The notes beneath the pieces were generated by a model. It was not told where the DNA came from. It worked only from the letters and a program-made list of their open reading frames with translations, and did no database searches. Shown piece by piece: positions 1-13,319 of a stretch of DNA of 64,000 nucleotides. Numbering within the stretch: position 1 is the stretch's first letter; each line of letters opens with the position of its first letter. A program made the translations under genes and the position numbers. The stretch is from Selaginella moellendorffii (lineage: Eukaryota; Plantae; Lycopodiophyta), in NCBI RefSeq assembly GCF_000143415.4, contig NW_003314419.1:145715-209714 (forward strand). The letters are read 5' to 3'.

Positions 1-1779
1 TTTGTCAAACTGAGTTTGCACTTCATACTCATATAAACCTTGAAGTAATGACATGAACATTGCTTATGATGTTGCTCAATTGATAATCAAATCATTATGA
101 TACTTATATACTTTTAGGGCCTTGGGCCACTGAATGAATGGATGGAGCTAAACCTCTAAGCATGGAGCCAAGGAGCAAAGGAAGCAAAGCACAGAATGAC
201 TCATAAGTGTACAACCCAAGGAGCGAAGGGATGAGAGCATGGAGCGATTTGGAATAATCCTAGAGCATCCAATATCCCAATGCCAAGACTAATATGCAAA
301 ACGGAGCTAAATAAAGTCTAGTGCAATTTCAATATACCAATGGTCTAACACAAGGATATGGGTACTCCACCAGCTAGCATGGTATGGAGTTTAAGCTTGG
401 ACTTAAGTCGGATGTAAAACAAGGACAGACATGCAAGTGGGAGCTAACTATGCCTCAAGTTGGTCAGCCATGCCCGACCTACCCACTATCCATTTGAAAC
501 CCTCTACAGCCTCCCTCCCTTCCCCCTCCCCTTTGAGGAAATGCATGCTTTGGCCTCCTTAGCACACTTGAATTTGGAGTTGAACTCCAAGACTGTTGCA
601 CAACAAAACGAGGGTCTAGTACAAGCCCATGAGCACCAGGTCCCCATATCTAACACCTACATGCAAAATGGTGTTAAATAGTGTTTGGCACAATTTTGGC
701 ATACTGCGTGGCATAACATAAGGAGGGTACCCCATTAACTAGAGCAGCATGGAGCTTAGGCTTAGACCCAAGCCAAATATAGAACAAGTGTTAGGATCCT
801 ATCCCTTACACCCTAAGCCAAATAACTAAAGGGGTGATCACTTGATTGCAGGGCCTTTTCTTTATCCTATTATCCTAACTTGGTGCCTAACAATAAGGAA
901 TGACATAGCCTAGTAGGAGCCAAACTAATGTCTTAAGTTTGGCCCCCCCTCCCCCTCCCCCCCATTCCCTTGAGGAACACATGCTTTGGGCTTTCACCCC
1001 AAGCCTCCCTTAGTACAAGGAGTTAGTCTCTGGGACTAACTTGAAACTTACTAAATATGGAATTGTGCTAGATTGTGAATTTGGACATGGGACAAACACC
1101 ATTGTGTTCAGGCCAATCTCTACATTTCATAGATATGCCAAATTAGCAAATCCAGACACTTTTCATAATTAGCTAATAGAACAAAATGAGGCTAATACAA
1201 ATAGCATGATAGCGAGGGTGTTTGACAAACACAGTGAGCTATCATCTAGCGAATATTAAGGGATGAATCTCAATATCGTGGGGGTTCTTGATACTAGTAA
1301 GTCAAGCTAATGACATGAGTTTCTCAAACCACGCCAAGTATGCTTAGCAAGAAACACATAAGGTTCATACCTTATGTTTATCTGATTTAAGTGTAAGATC
1401 ATTGATCAGTTTCTCAACTATCTCAAGTGGGAATGATAAAGGGAACCAATTGTGTTGACCTCCTGCCGTCATGGCAGTAAGGAAAGAGTGTTCATAAGGA
1501 TTGGATGACAAGTATCTTTCGATATCCGAAGTCACATTCACGACACCTCCCAACACTAGCAAGTGCAAGCCAACAACACAAGTTTTTCATCATCGTATAA
1601 GGTATGCTTAGGATTTGCTTAGTGCCCTTTCGGTCTAAGTGTATATATGGTGATCAGTTTCTCAACTAACTTAAGCTGAGACAAATAAAACTTCTAGCAA
1701 TATTGACCTCCTACCATCATGGTAGTAAAGAAAGAATATCTGAAAGGACTCGCCAACAAGTAACTTTTAATACCCTGTA
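1..1779 (-). mobile_element. Family-A LTR fragments (host of B1)
   Basis: 721-1545 matches 21466-22227. A second partial copy at 1551-1779 resumes at 20817, after the B1 TSD. Confidence 0.7.
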
Positions 1780-2767
1780 TGTAAGCAACTAATTTTTCCA
1801 TTCTACTTTAGTCACTTAACCATACCTCCGACCACATGGAGGAGTCTCACTCACAACCTCTATATGTCCTATTTTGGACTTGGGCTTGCTAGCCCCAAGA
1901 ATGGCATCCCCGCCACTCAACCTTTGCACTTGGTCCAAATGCTCCACGTGTCCGATCCCATGACTGACACCCCAAGGCACCACCGATATATTGGTCCGTT
2001 ACGCTAAGGCCATGCCCATTCACCTTGGTCATATCGGTGGTCTAACACCACCTACATCACAGACTTGTCTCTTAAAGACTAGGCCATCCGTCCATGAATG
2101 ATCATCCCAGATCCACTCCTTAGCATCCTTAGGATGCCGATAAACATGGAGAATAGCCTTCCCCAATATCCCCTTTCCAGCCCCCACCAAATCCCTTTCT
2201 GCCCATGGCCATGTTCGCCAACACTACCACTGGACCATGCCCAACCACTAAGTCCCATGGTCCTCTAGGACTTCCTCCTCACATGACTGTATCCTTGGTC
2301 TCTACACTATAGGATGGCTCCTCTTCCTTTTCACAGTCTGGGACCTTGAGGCAACATTTCGGAACACCGTGGCCTTATGCGAGCCTCGTGGGTACTCTCC
2401 CCGCCTTCCACCTTTGGGTGCTCTAGCCGTGGGCTTAGAGCGAGGTTCTGTTGAGCCACACCAGGTATCCAAGTAGGTAGTGCCACCCACACTTGGACTG
2501 GGAGCATCGGCCAGTCGATCTCCCGGGGGAACTAGAGCCGGCTCTTGAACACTTCACCAAGCTACCCCGCTTGTCAGTTCGTATTCACTTTAGTCTTGGA
2601 CTTCCTAGTGGTCAGCTCATCACCCAACACTTGGGTACAGCCTTCCTGGGCCAAACTGGCATTTCCTAGCCAAACTGGCTCCACTGCAGTCCTCCCCCTA
2701 CTATACTTTTGGAGCTCACCAAACCCCCTAGGGTCTGGGAGACGAACGCTTTGGGCTTTCACCCTCT

Positions 2768-3105
2768 CAGACTCGAACTTGGACTCAGACTCGGACTCGG
2801 ACTCGGACTCGGACTTGGCCTCGGTCTTGGCCTCGGTCTTGGTCTTGGTCCCAATCTCGGTCTCAGTCTCAGTCTCGGTCTCGGTCTCGGTCTCGGTCTC
2901 AACCTCGGACTCCATCTCGGGTCCTTCTCGGACTCCATCTCGGATTCCATCTTGGGTCCATCTCGGACTCCATCTCGGGTCCTTCTCAGACTCCATTTCG
3001 GATTCCATCTCAAGTCCATCTCAGACTCCATCTCGGATTCCATCTCAGTCCATCTCGAACTCCATCTCGGACTCCATCTTGGGTCCATCTCGGACTCCAT
3101 CTCGT
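2768..3105. repeat. LTR-internal (CTCGGA)n/(CTCGGT)n and 12-bp CTCGGACTCCAT tandem array
   Basis: The same array, at variable length, occurs in all four family-B LTRs (also ~19920-20590, ~31265-31655, ~35955-36275). Confidence 0.9.
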
Positions 3106-6100
3106 GTCATGTGTTTGTCCTTTTCGGTCCCTTTTTAGAGCCTCGCTTATTGCTCGCTTCGTGCTCATTCCTCAAGCACTTTGTTGGGAGTTCAACTCCC
3201 GCTCTCGACCTTTCAAGTTTGAGCTTTTAGTCCAAACGAGTTACACTTGTTTGGCTTTCGCTTCGGCCATTACCACTTGGCGCCCTTCCGGCTTCACTTT
3301 GGGGCCTAGGGATTTTGTGTCTCACAACTCCATCACCCATAGACAAAGTTCAATGTCCTCATCGAAAGGTAAACCCCTTTTATAAAGTAACACCCGCATA
3401 TATTATCATTTCCATCCTTGGCACCAGCCAAAGTTTGTCTATGGTTTGACACCGAAGGCTCACCATGCCTTGTCCATCCTCTAAGGAGCATAGTCTCTCC
3501 AACTTAGAGACTTATTCGACCAGTTGTGGTGGTTTTCTCCGTTTATTGGTTTAGTCATCGCTAAATCTGTTAGAGGCACCTCCTCTATTTCAATCCCACT
3601 ACTCCTTCTCAAGTAGTCTCAGTTTCCATTGATTGAACGTTTGCACTTTGGAACTTTTACTTTTTGACCTCTTGAAGTCAATTTCTTAAGTGTCTCCAAC
3701 ACCTTGCATTGCACATATTGTGCAACTCCACTTCCCCATCATAGGAAGTTCTTTACTTGAGGGCACTATCATCCTCTCTTCTATTTTATGCCACCTTGGG
3801 CACTAAGTTCCAGTTATCATACTTTGTGCTAGGGCTATCCATGGCCCTATCATTTGGCTACCTTACCGCTCCCTCCCTTGGAGCTTCCACTTTCACCAAA
3901 TCGGAGCAATTGAGAATCCATCCTTGGAAACACATTGTCTTTCCTACAATTCATCAACACTCAACACATTAGTGGTCCTGGCCTAAGTTTGCCTTTTGGA
4001 TTCTTTCCCATGATTCCCATGGCTCTTTCTTTAGCCACTAATCTTTTGTTCCTATCATTTATTGCTGCACCCAACAACATTGGATCACTACCTCCATTCT
4101 CGAGGTATTCATTCGGTTCCATAACAAAGACTTTGCCTTGCCAAGTCCAGAGGGTGTTCACCCTTAGTACGTCTCTTTAGGATTTTCTACTATGGGCTCT
4201 ATCCCTGGCCCAACTTTGTGACCCTCCCATGGGTCTCTTATAGAAACTACTTTATTCAGACTCACTATGCCATCGTATAGTCACAAATCATTTCCCTTAG
4301 GTGTTCTTCCCACTTGGTCACCTTGACCAGGCCACACCATCCTCAATAGTTCAAACTTACACTTTGAACTAGGGACTTTATCCCTTAACTTCACAAGGAC
4401 TTTGTCCTTGTTTTTAATCATAAGATCATCTAATGATCACACCTTGGCACCTTAACAAGTTTGCCACTAAGTATTAGGTCTTCCAAACCTTTAAATTGTT
4501 CACCATGACCCCGGGGGTATCCCCCACACTTGGCAGTGTACCCAAGCGAACCCTTCCGGCTAAGGGTCTATAGCAACTGAGACTGGGTGTCCCCATCTCA
4601 TTCACCACGTCCTTGGTGCCACTTGCACTAAAGTTTTCAAGTTAGATATGCCAAGTTACACTAAACAATCTAACCGTGCATCATGACTCTGAGGCATCCC
4701 TCGCTTGGCGGTATGCCCAAACCAGTCTCCTCATTGAGAGTCCATGACCACTGAAAAATGAGTGTCCTCATATTCCAAACCATCACCACGCCCTAGTGAT
4801 TTAGGACTCGAACCCAAGCACTAGGGGTCGGGACTCGAACCCAACCTCCGTATATGCATCTACGGATGGCATCGCACAGGATGCCTGGCATGACTCCCCA
4901 CGCCGGTGCACCAACATGTACTTAAAGCGTGCTATAGATCACAGTTTAGGAACCTAGTTCCTCCGCACTGCCAGTCCTCTCGCTTGACAAGTCTGTGATC
5001 ATGCATGGACTCCTCCATACTCGGCCCCATAGGCCACCCTTTTTTAAGTTAGCACCTTCAACTAGGGGATTTTCTCTCCTGACTCGCCAATCTCACTTAG
5101 CAAGTCATCCGGCCACCATAACATGGTTCATGCATAAGCGCAAAAGTCTTTAACCATCGACTTTTGTTCAAAGCCCTCTCTTTGAACACTCGGGAACTAC
5201 TTCTCTAACCTTGATAGCCTCGCCTCATGGCCAGCTTCAAGACCACGCTTCTGCTGTGCCACTTTGATTTCGCGCGCTCTAGGAACCATTTACATTTGGC
5301 TTTCTAGATACTTATCTACCTAGAATTGTCTTCGGGAACCTTCAAGGAACTTTGTTCTTTAGCTTGCTAAAGCTTCTCCTTTGTCCAACATAGATAATTC
5401 CACATTTTAGACTCCCTATAACACTGCAGTTGCTAGTAATAACATCCTCGAGCACCCTCTTGATTTTCCTCTCCCAACTTGCATAACCACCGTTGGTTAT
5501 GCCCTTCGATTTCTATGGTTCAGTTCCATCCCAATACTACTTGCCTTTTGGCCCCATATATTTCCTTTGGTTATTCTCCTCCAAATTAGGAGGATAGCTT
5601 TCCACATTTTACCATGCTTTACCAAGTATTTATAGGGATGAACTTACCTGATAGTTTAGGGAGGGTTCCTCAATTTGGGCATGCTCACTTTATAATCCCA
5701 CTCACTGGGATTATTGTTGCTACTTATGGGCCTTGATATGCCCATCACTAGCCTTGCCAAAATCCCATTTTTGGCTTTGTCTAAATCGGGTAAACGGATT
5801 CCTCCTGTCTCTACAACCTTGGATGTTTGGATGGCATCTCCTATCCATCATTCGCTAGGGACTTAGTCCCTTGGGCCTTATCTATTGCCCTCGTGACATT
5901 AAACACCACCTCCTGGTGTTCTAGAGTGTTTGGGTGTCCCAATGATGGTCTCCTTGACAATGAGCATTTCCTTTTTCGACATTGACTCCTTATATTGCAA
6001 CATAAACAATTTATCCCTTGTAAGGGTATATCTAACTTCCTTATGCCATTAAGAAATCTTGGGTAGCTACCGTCTACCCGTTTAACCAATTATCTTGCAC

Positions 6101-7734
6101 CTTTTGCTTAGTTGCCCTATAATTGTCAAGTCCTACAACTCATTGTTTGGTGCTTCCACACCTCTATCATTATCTAGGTCACCACACTCCAACCACATGC
6201 CTTCCAGCTTAGGCTATGCCATTCCCTTGAACCCATGAACCCATCAACATAACCTCAAGGTATCTCACTTTAGCACATTTGGTGTCTCCACACCAACGGC
6301 TCCACGAGCTTACCTCTATGACACTTTTTACTTGTGTCTAGGTCTTTGCCAAGACTAAAGCAGTCATTTTTCATGCCAACTATTAGTTAGCACTACACCT
6401 TAGTATTCACACACAACTCTATGCCAAAGTTATTTTCTTTTTGGGGAACACCTTTCCCACGACTTTAGCATGGCACATTCGGCCATCGATGAAATACCCT
6501 CTGTTCTCATCCTTGGATCCTATGATCCCCCCCCCATCCTTCGTGGGGTACAACACACCTCAGTCCAAATGCATCGATCAATACTTTAGGATTATTCCTT
6601 GACTCTATTTGAGTTATCCAGCTTTTTGGACTTTGTCATCCGACGACCCATGAGGTCTTACCTTTGAGGTGCCAGCTCACTGTAATACAACTTTTTGTAT
6701 TCAAGTCCTACTCACAAGGACCATCTTTGCAAGTGTTACTCTGACACTTGATTTGTTCTCTTGGGGTCCTTAGGACTACTTGTCCATGTGATAAAAATAC
6801 CAACTCATCCTCTGAGTACACCCCCAACTCCTTGGGTTGTTCCAGCATTTATTAGAGGTAGCTCTAGCTACCATTTCAAAGACTTATATCCTTTTCCGTA
6901 TTTGACCTCTCGTGGTCATTACTTCTGGTTTTACATTCATGAACACTAGCCTCAACTATATGAGAGTAATCTTGTGACTCCTTTAGAGCTTTGGAGTCTC
7001 TATCTTTCCTGTGATCCCAACTGTAGTTGTTTACCACAACTACATTAGCCAGTTGACTACGTCAAACACTCATCTGAATCACATTCTCAACTCTTTGAGT
7101 AAACCCTTATACTGTTCCCAAGATCCCAAAGTCATTCCCTTACTGGCCCCTTTTCTATCCACCACATCGTGCCCAAGTTCAGGCATGAACTTGAGTGGAG
7201 AGCCATGTCCACTCGACATGCTATTCCTTACGGATAGGCCCACTTTTAGGACCTTCTAATGCCAATATCAATGGTGATATACTTGAGCACCAATAAAAGT
7301 CGGACTAAGGAATGGCTCCAATACCAAGTTGTAAGCAATTAATTTTTCCATTCTACTTTAGTCACTTAACCATACCTCCGACCACATGGAGGAGTCTCAC
7401 TCACAACCTCCATATGTCCTATTTTGGACTTGGGCTTGCTAGCCCCAAGAATGGCATCCCCGCCACTCAACCTTTGCACTTGGTCCAAATGCTCCATGTG
7501 TCTGATCCCATGACTGACACCCCAAGGCACCACCGACATATTGGCCCGTTACACTAAAGCCATGCCCATTCACCTTGGTCATATCGGTGGTCTGACACTA
7601 CTTACATCACAGACTTGTCTTTCAAAGACTAGGCCATCCGTCTATGAGTGATCATCCCAGATCCACTCCTTAGCATCCTTAGGATGCCCATAAACATGGG
7701 GAATAGCCTTCCCCAATATCCCCTTTTCAGTCCC

Positions 7735-7758
7735 AAGCTCTATTTCGTTAAAGTGGGA
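7735..7758 (+). repeat. Left terminal inverted repeat
   Basis: Reverse complement of 19301-19324, with one mismatch at position 2. Confidence 0.95.
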
Positions 7759-8176
7759 ATTGTCATTATCCCACTTGTAAAATAAGGTTTCCAAACCTTT
7801 ATATAGTATATAAATATAACAAAATTCAACTGCATTGAGGCACATGCCATTTTATTTTAAATAAGGAAATGTCTACTCAATCACTTCTCCCCCCCCTGCC
7901 ACTGCTTCACCTCTCTCTTCTCCTTGTCATTGTCGTCCAATTTCTTTCCATCCTTTTAATATTGGCTCAGTTGCTCCGAGTCTAGGTGGAGCCTAAGTCC
8001 CCATTCAATCTTTACTTTCCCCTTATTAATAAAACAACTTCGCAGACTTGCAATAACATGCTGTAACACTTCTAGTATAATGCAAATCCTCTCAAAGAAT
8101 TGTCTTTTAATATTAATACAATGGCATGGAACCCCATACCATAATAAGTTACATTTTTAAATAAATACATGCCATC

Positions 8177-11100
8177 TCAGACTGTTATTTTTTGCCTCCA
8201 ACACCTATACAATAATCTTGGAATTTCATCACTCTCCACACTATCAAGATTTAAACCCAATAGTAATGCCATCTCTTCTCTAATACGTCCACGCTCATGT
8301 TCAGTGGTCAAAGAACCCATCCGGTTGAGCAGATTATAGAGATGCGGATAGTGCTTGGCTAGACAATATACATGCCATAAATGATGACTGGTGTCTGTCC
8401 GATCAAATGGCTTTTGATATACCGTTCTATCTGCCATTTGGTCGATCTCTGCAATGAATGGCATGAGCACACACGCCATAACCGCGAGGCATTACCTATC
8501 ATCTTTTCGTTGCCCTTCTTCCTTTTCGAATCAAACGCCTCTAATCCCGACGACTGTCCAACGTGCTTTCGCTTTTTATGACCACTGTCAGTTTGAGCTT
8601 GGCTGGTGCTTGCCTGTTTTGCCTTTGAAGAAGTGTCTCCTGCAAGGAATGGCATGAGACCACACGCCATTGCAAATATAATTTGTACCTCCTTTTTTCC
8701 TATTGCTTGTCTGTTTGTCCTTCTTCGACGCGCCACCAGTGCGCTTTTTAGTCCTCGTGTCTGAATATTCATAACGATCTATAATCAAAATGGCGTGAGG
8801 CCTCACGTGACCTTACCTTGTGCAGGTTGTGAGCTCGGCCCAACAGTAGTTGTTAACGCCGTTTCAACATCTAGGGGTGGCCACGCTCCTGCATACAGAG
8901 CTTGTGAGATAACATTTAAACTTAAAGTGCGTACTCACCAGGTTCGCAGAGAAGATACTGTTTTTCTTTGGCAACTGTAATTATATGCTTCATTGAAGTC
9001 ACCTCTTCAATGGAGTTTGTCACCGCAACACACGGGACACCCTTGAGTAGTGCGGCTCGAAAGAATAGTCCGCCGCAGTTGTACTCGACAACGCATTTGC
9101 CCTTGGAGTCGGAAGCAGGTGCTATTGCGTTGAAGACCCAGCTGAGCATTTCCCATGCTGCACCTGGAGCTTTCTCTGGATTCGAAAGCTCCATAGCCGT
9201 CTTCAGTTCCTCAGGCACGGGTAAATTGACCTCCCTCAGATCAATTCGATCGGCCTTTTCGAACGAAGCTGGGAAATCACTCCAGTCCCACTCTGCTGCA
9301 GGACCAATAACAAGGGCGAGTGTGAAGATGCGGACATTCGTCAGTATCTTCTTCTTAGCCATTATCCCATGGATCTCCTGCATCTCCTTGCCTTTCAACC
9401 GAGCCTTCACCTCGTTCAAGGCCTTCCAGAACTTGTGATAGGATTCAGAGTCGTAGATCATATAGTGGACTGAAGATTCCACCTCCGCAAGTCCCACCAT
9501 TAAGTCAATGACGGAGCTGATTTCGTCTGCATGAGTGATCTCTTCGTTTGTGAAGTCCATCACACAAAAGATGTTCTTGACCTACTCATCTCCGCGGGAA
9601 ACGATGCTCCTCCACCTTTGATCCTCATCCGAATTCACGTATACCCGGTAAGGTTCTCGATAGGCCTCTGCTGCGGGGTCGAGCTGTTTCTGAAGCCGGC
9701 GGTCGACATCCCTCTTAATGAAATTTGGATACTAATCCAACTTCTCAGCTTTACTTTTCGTGGCATCCTGCAGCAGATCGATGAACTTGGGGGTCCCCTT
9801 CACGTAGTCGTCGATGTCTTCATTTGACAACTCCAGCTCTTCCATCATCTCTTGCGTGGTGTCGATGCTCACCCTCTCCACGGCCACTTGCTCGAAGATC
9901 CAATCCTTCAATAGCGCACAAGCTCTCAGAGTCGTGCACAAGTCCTCGTATGTCACAATATGGCCGGGAGTCATTTTGGTCTTGTTGAAGACTACCTCAC
10001 CACGTAGAAGAGCATTAGCCACTGTCAGAAGGTCGTCGTCGTCTAGAGACCGTGAGAAACACAAGGCGTTGAGCTTCAAATCATTGGGCTTCCGGCCGTC
10101 CTCCACACCCATTGAGTTTAGCAACTCCCCGTCATGGTACCTCCTCAGCACATCTACCCATTTGTCGAAAACAACTTTTGTCGCGAGTAGAATGTTATGG
10201 ATGCTAAGTGTGTCATTGACCCCTAGTGTTTTCGAGAGAAGACTCGAGAATTCCTGCAATGGAAATGGCGTGAGGCCACATGCTATGCCACATGCAACAA
10301 GGCTTACCTGCCAGGCGCTAGTTGCTAGTGCACGTCCTTGTCCTGGTTTTTGTGGCTTCTTCAGTTGAACCCAGAGCTTCCGTGTTCGTGCCAATGTCTC
10401 GTGCAGACCCGATTTGTAGCACGTTTCTTGCTTGACATTCTGCGCGTGGGAGATGGATATGATAGATCGGAGGGGCGAGTTGCCTTTTATCAGGCGGACA
10501 ACTCTTGTCTTGAAGACTTTCTTCACCTCCTCGCCCACCATAATATCCAATACTATCTCTTGCATCGCCAAGCTAGAATGCTGCCCGGAGACGGCATAGA
10601 ACCGGATGTTCTGATCGTTCAACACCTTCCTATTGATCAAGTCTGGAAACCTCGTCTCGCCCTTCATTGTTCGGTAGTAGGGGATCACGTCTGCGATGTC
10701 GGGTGTTACTGGACTTGCCAGCATCTTCTGCTTCAGTTTCTCCACCCACTCATCAGATACTAGCCTGTGGTTGTATTTGCTTTGGATGTCGATACAGCTC
10801 ACGTCGATTGTATATACTTTGTTGGAATAGTAACAAGTACTATTATCTGCAATGATTTTTGCTGCCTCTTATTGCTCTTTCTTCTCTTTGCGGCTCTTCT
10901 TTTTGGTGGGTGTAGTGTTCGAACCCGAGGCAATGGCATCACCGAGTAGCTTCTTTTTTGGAGCAAGAGAGTCGGACGTCGACTTGAGCTTGACCACCCT
11001 TTTCTGCTTCGGGGTAGTTTCCAGATCGACCCCCTTCCCCTTCGCTTCGCGAACTGGAGGCACTCTCAACGGCTCAATGTTGGAATATAGTTTTTGAACA

Positions 11101-11507
11101 TTGCCGTAGGTGAGGTCCGTGGATTCCATGTGATCTTCATAGACCCGTAGCGTCTTTGAAATTGTGGGCCTCCTGGACAACCTCTCCCTAGCTCCCTCTA
11201 GGAATTCCTCATAGCCGCTACCCCCCTCTAGGAAGCCGCTAGGATGTGCAAGGTGGATCTTGAAGGCGGACGCTGTCTCTACCACAAGTGCCAGTCCATA
11301 TTCTTGCATGGAACTGCATGGAGTGTCTGTCACTTGGATGAGGATCCCCATGCATTCTTTTCTCCCACCATCTGTGTTGTACAGCCTCAGATCCTCGCCT
11401 TCCATCCCGAAAGTCCAACTGGTGAGCTCCTCCCCCTTCTCTGCATCCACATTGACAGTGGCTGGAAGAAGAATGCAATTCCTTGCCTGTTCAGAAATGC
11501 ACAACAA
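8177..11507 (-). pseudogene. Spliced transposon accessory gene: ParB/Srx-like domain + degenerate N6/N4 DNA methyltransferase-like domain + basic tail; three in-frame stops
   Basis: ORFs 11507-10869, 10802-9732 and 9563-8922 are one frame, joined across TAA 10871-10869, TAG 9734-9732 and TAG 9584-9582. GT-AG introns at 10254-10307, 8889-8938, 8761-8816, 8640-8688 and 8449-8495; the last four are all phase 1 and keep the frame open to the stop at 8177. ParB-like motif: YTIDVSCIDIQSKYNHRLVSDEWVEKLKQKM...FYAVSGQHSSLAM. MTase-like motif: NIFCVMDF...PEK...MLSWVF...KCVVEYNCGGLFFRAALLKGVPCVAV. 5' exons are uncertain (possible ATG|GTAAG at 11728). Confidence 0.7.
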
Positions 11508-13319
11508 TTAGAGCTGACAGATGAAAAGCTAGCAGTTGGAAATAACGTGAGGCCACACGCCATTCACGACTTCATCAGATGTCTTGAGGCTGCATCCTAA
11601 GATGGCGTGAGGCTACACGCCATCTGTAACCAGACTGCACTCGAGAGCCCAATCGGTGCATGCCAATGTTGCTACTGAATGGCATGTGGCCTCATGCCAT
11701 TTTCTACTTGGCCTAAAAGACTTACCATTTGAAGCTGAATGGAGGCTGTGACAATCGAGGCCGGACTCGCTGGCGAATGTGCACTGTGTGTGCAGCGGAT
11801 CGTAACAGCAAGGCTACTCTGCCACTTACAGTTGGAGAGTGGCGCTGAAATCTCCCGGGACGCCAAGTGGGCTGCGTGTGGGTGGCGGAGTGGGCGGCGG
11901 AGTTGGCGGCGAAGTTACAAACTGGGTGTGTCTTGAAGTGGACGCCGATGCACACGAGCGCGATGCGAGCGCGAGTGTGATGCAAGCGCGAGTGGACGCT
12001 GATGCACACAAGAAACTTGTAGAGAAGGTAGATGAGCGCGAATGTGAGCGTGATCGCGAGTGGGAGCGCAATGCGAGCGCGAGCGCGAGTGTGCGAGCGC
12101 GAGTACGAAGCAAAATGCAAAACCTAACCTCACACGCGCGAAATGTCACAATGGTTGGTAATCCCGCCACGTCATCATTCCTCGGACTTGGGCGCCACCA
12201 TTAATTTCTGGATTGCCACGCGCATGCAAGCACGCAAAATCCAAAAGAAATCCGCAACGTCATCATTCCTCGGACTGCATGCACGCAAAATCCAAAAGAA
12301 AGATCATGATTGGGATATCATTTAATACCCTCGCTATATTTATACCATGCATGATTGGATATTCCAAAGCATCTTGTATTTCCAAAAATGGCAAATGTTC
12401 AGCTAAATAAAGAAATTCTATCTGTTTCTATTTTTCTCTCAAATCAATATTATAGCGTGTGGGCTCATGCAATTTTGAACCAAAGAAATCCAAAAAACGT
12501 TGGACCCAAAATATTTTGAAAAAACCCAAAAAAACCTAAACATTTTAAACCAAAAAATCCAGGCGTCCTGTGGCGTTATTCCTTGAATGGCGTGTGGGCG
12601 CATGCCATTTTCAGGGCCAAATGCTGAATGGAGAAAAATTCCCTTTCAGTGCAAATGCTGCAAGAGGCAGATGCCGAGCACAAAGGACTGTAACTACCTC
12701 ACATGACACAGATAAACTTTTCTCTATTTGGCAAAGATAAACTTTATAGCGTGTGGGCTCATGCAATTTTGAACCCAAAAAATGCACCAAAAAATTCTCG
12801 GCGTCATGTAGCGTTATCTCTTGAATGGCGTGGGGCCGCATGCCATTTTCAGGGGCACATAGGAGTATATTCCTAGGATATTCTGACACGCGCGAGATTT
12901 TTTTGAGTTTTCTGGAGATCCAACCGTTAGATCGCAACTAGATTTTACAGAATGGTATACAATGTCTTTCTTGATGACCCTGCAAAGAAGCATCTCGATT
13001 GGACACCACATGAGACCACACGAGCCTTACAATGTTTCAGGGGCATTTGCCATAGATCCGACCGTTATTTTGCTCCAAGATTTTACAGTTTGGTGTGCAT
13101 TGACCTTTCCATCGACACTGAAAAGGGATATCACAATCAGATGTGGGATCACAAGAAACTAACTTCACTAACTCTGGTTTCACCAAGATCTACGTAAGGA
13201 GTTATGAAATGAAAGGACCCTCTTTATTGAAATGTGTTTATGGTCCTAGGGGCATTGTGACATATCAAAGGATTTTGCATCAAGTTCTGTATTTGTATGT
13301 TTATCAAGCTACTGAATTG

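Noticed and set aside
2545-3230. Long overlapping ORFs (SDSDS/LGLGL/PRPRP/ETETE), also at 19646-20930, 30993-31897 and 35748-36648
   Set aside because: Artefacts of stop-free 6/12-bp LTR tandem repeats that are open in most frames.
8968-10763. Plus-strand ORFs of 141-184 aa, and the 292-aa minus ORF at 16437-17315
   Set aside because: Antisense shadows of the real transposon genes, with no motifs.
11722-12204. Arg/Ala-rich ORFs on both strands
   Set aside because: Produced by GCGA-type low-complexity sequence.
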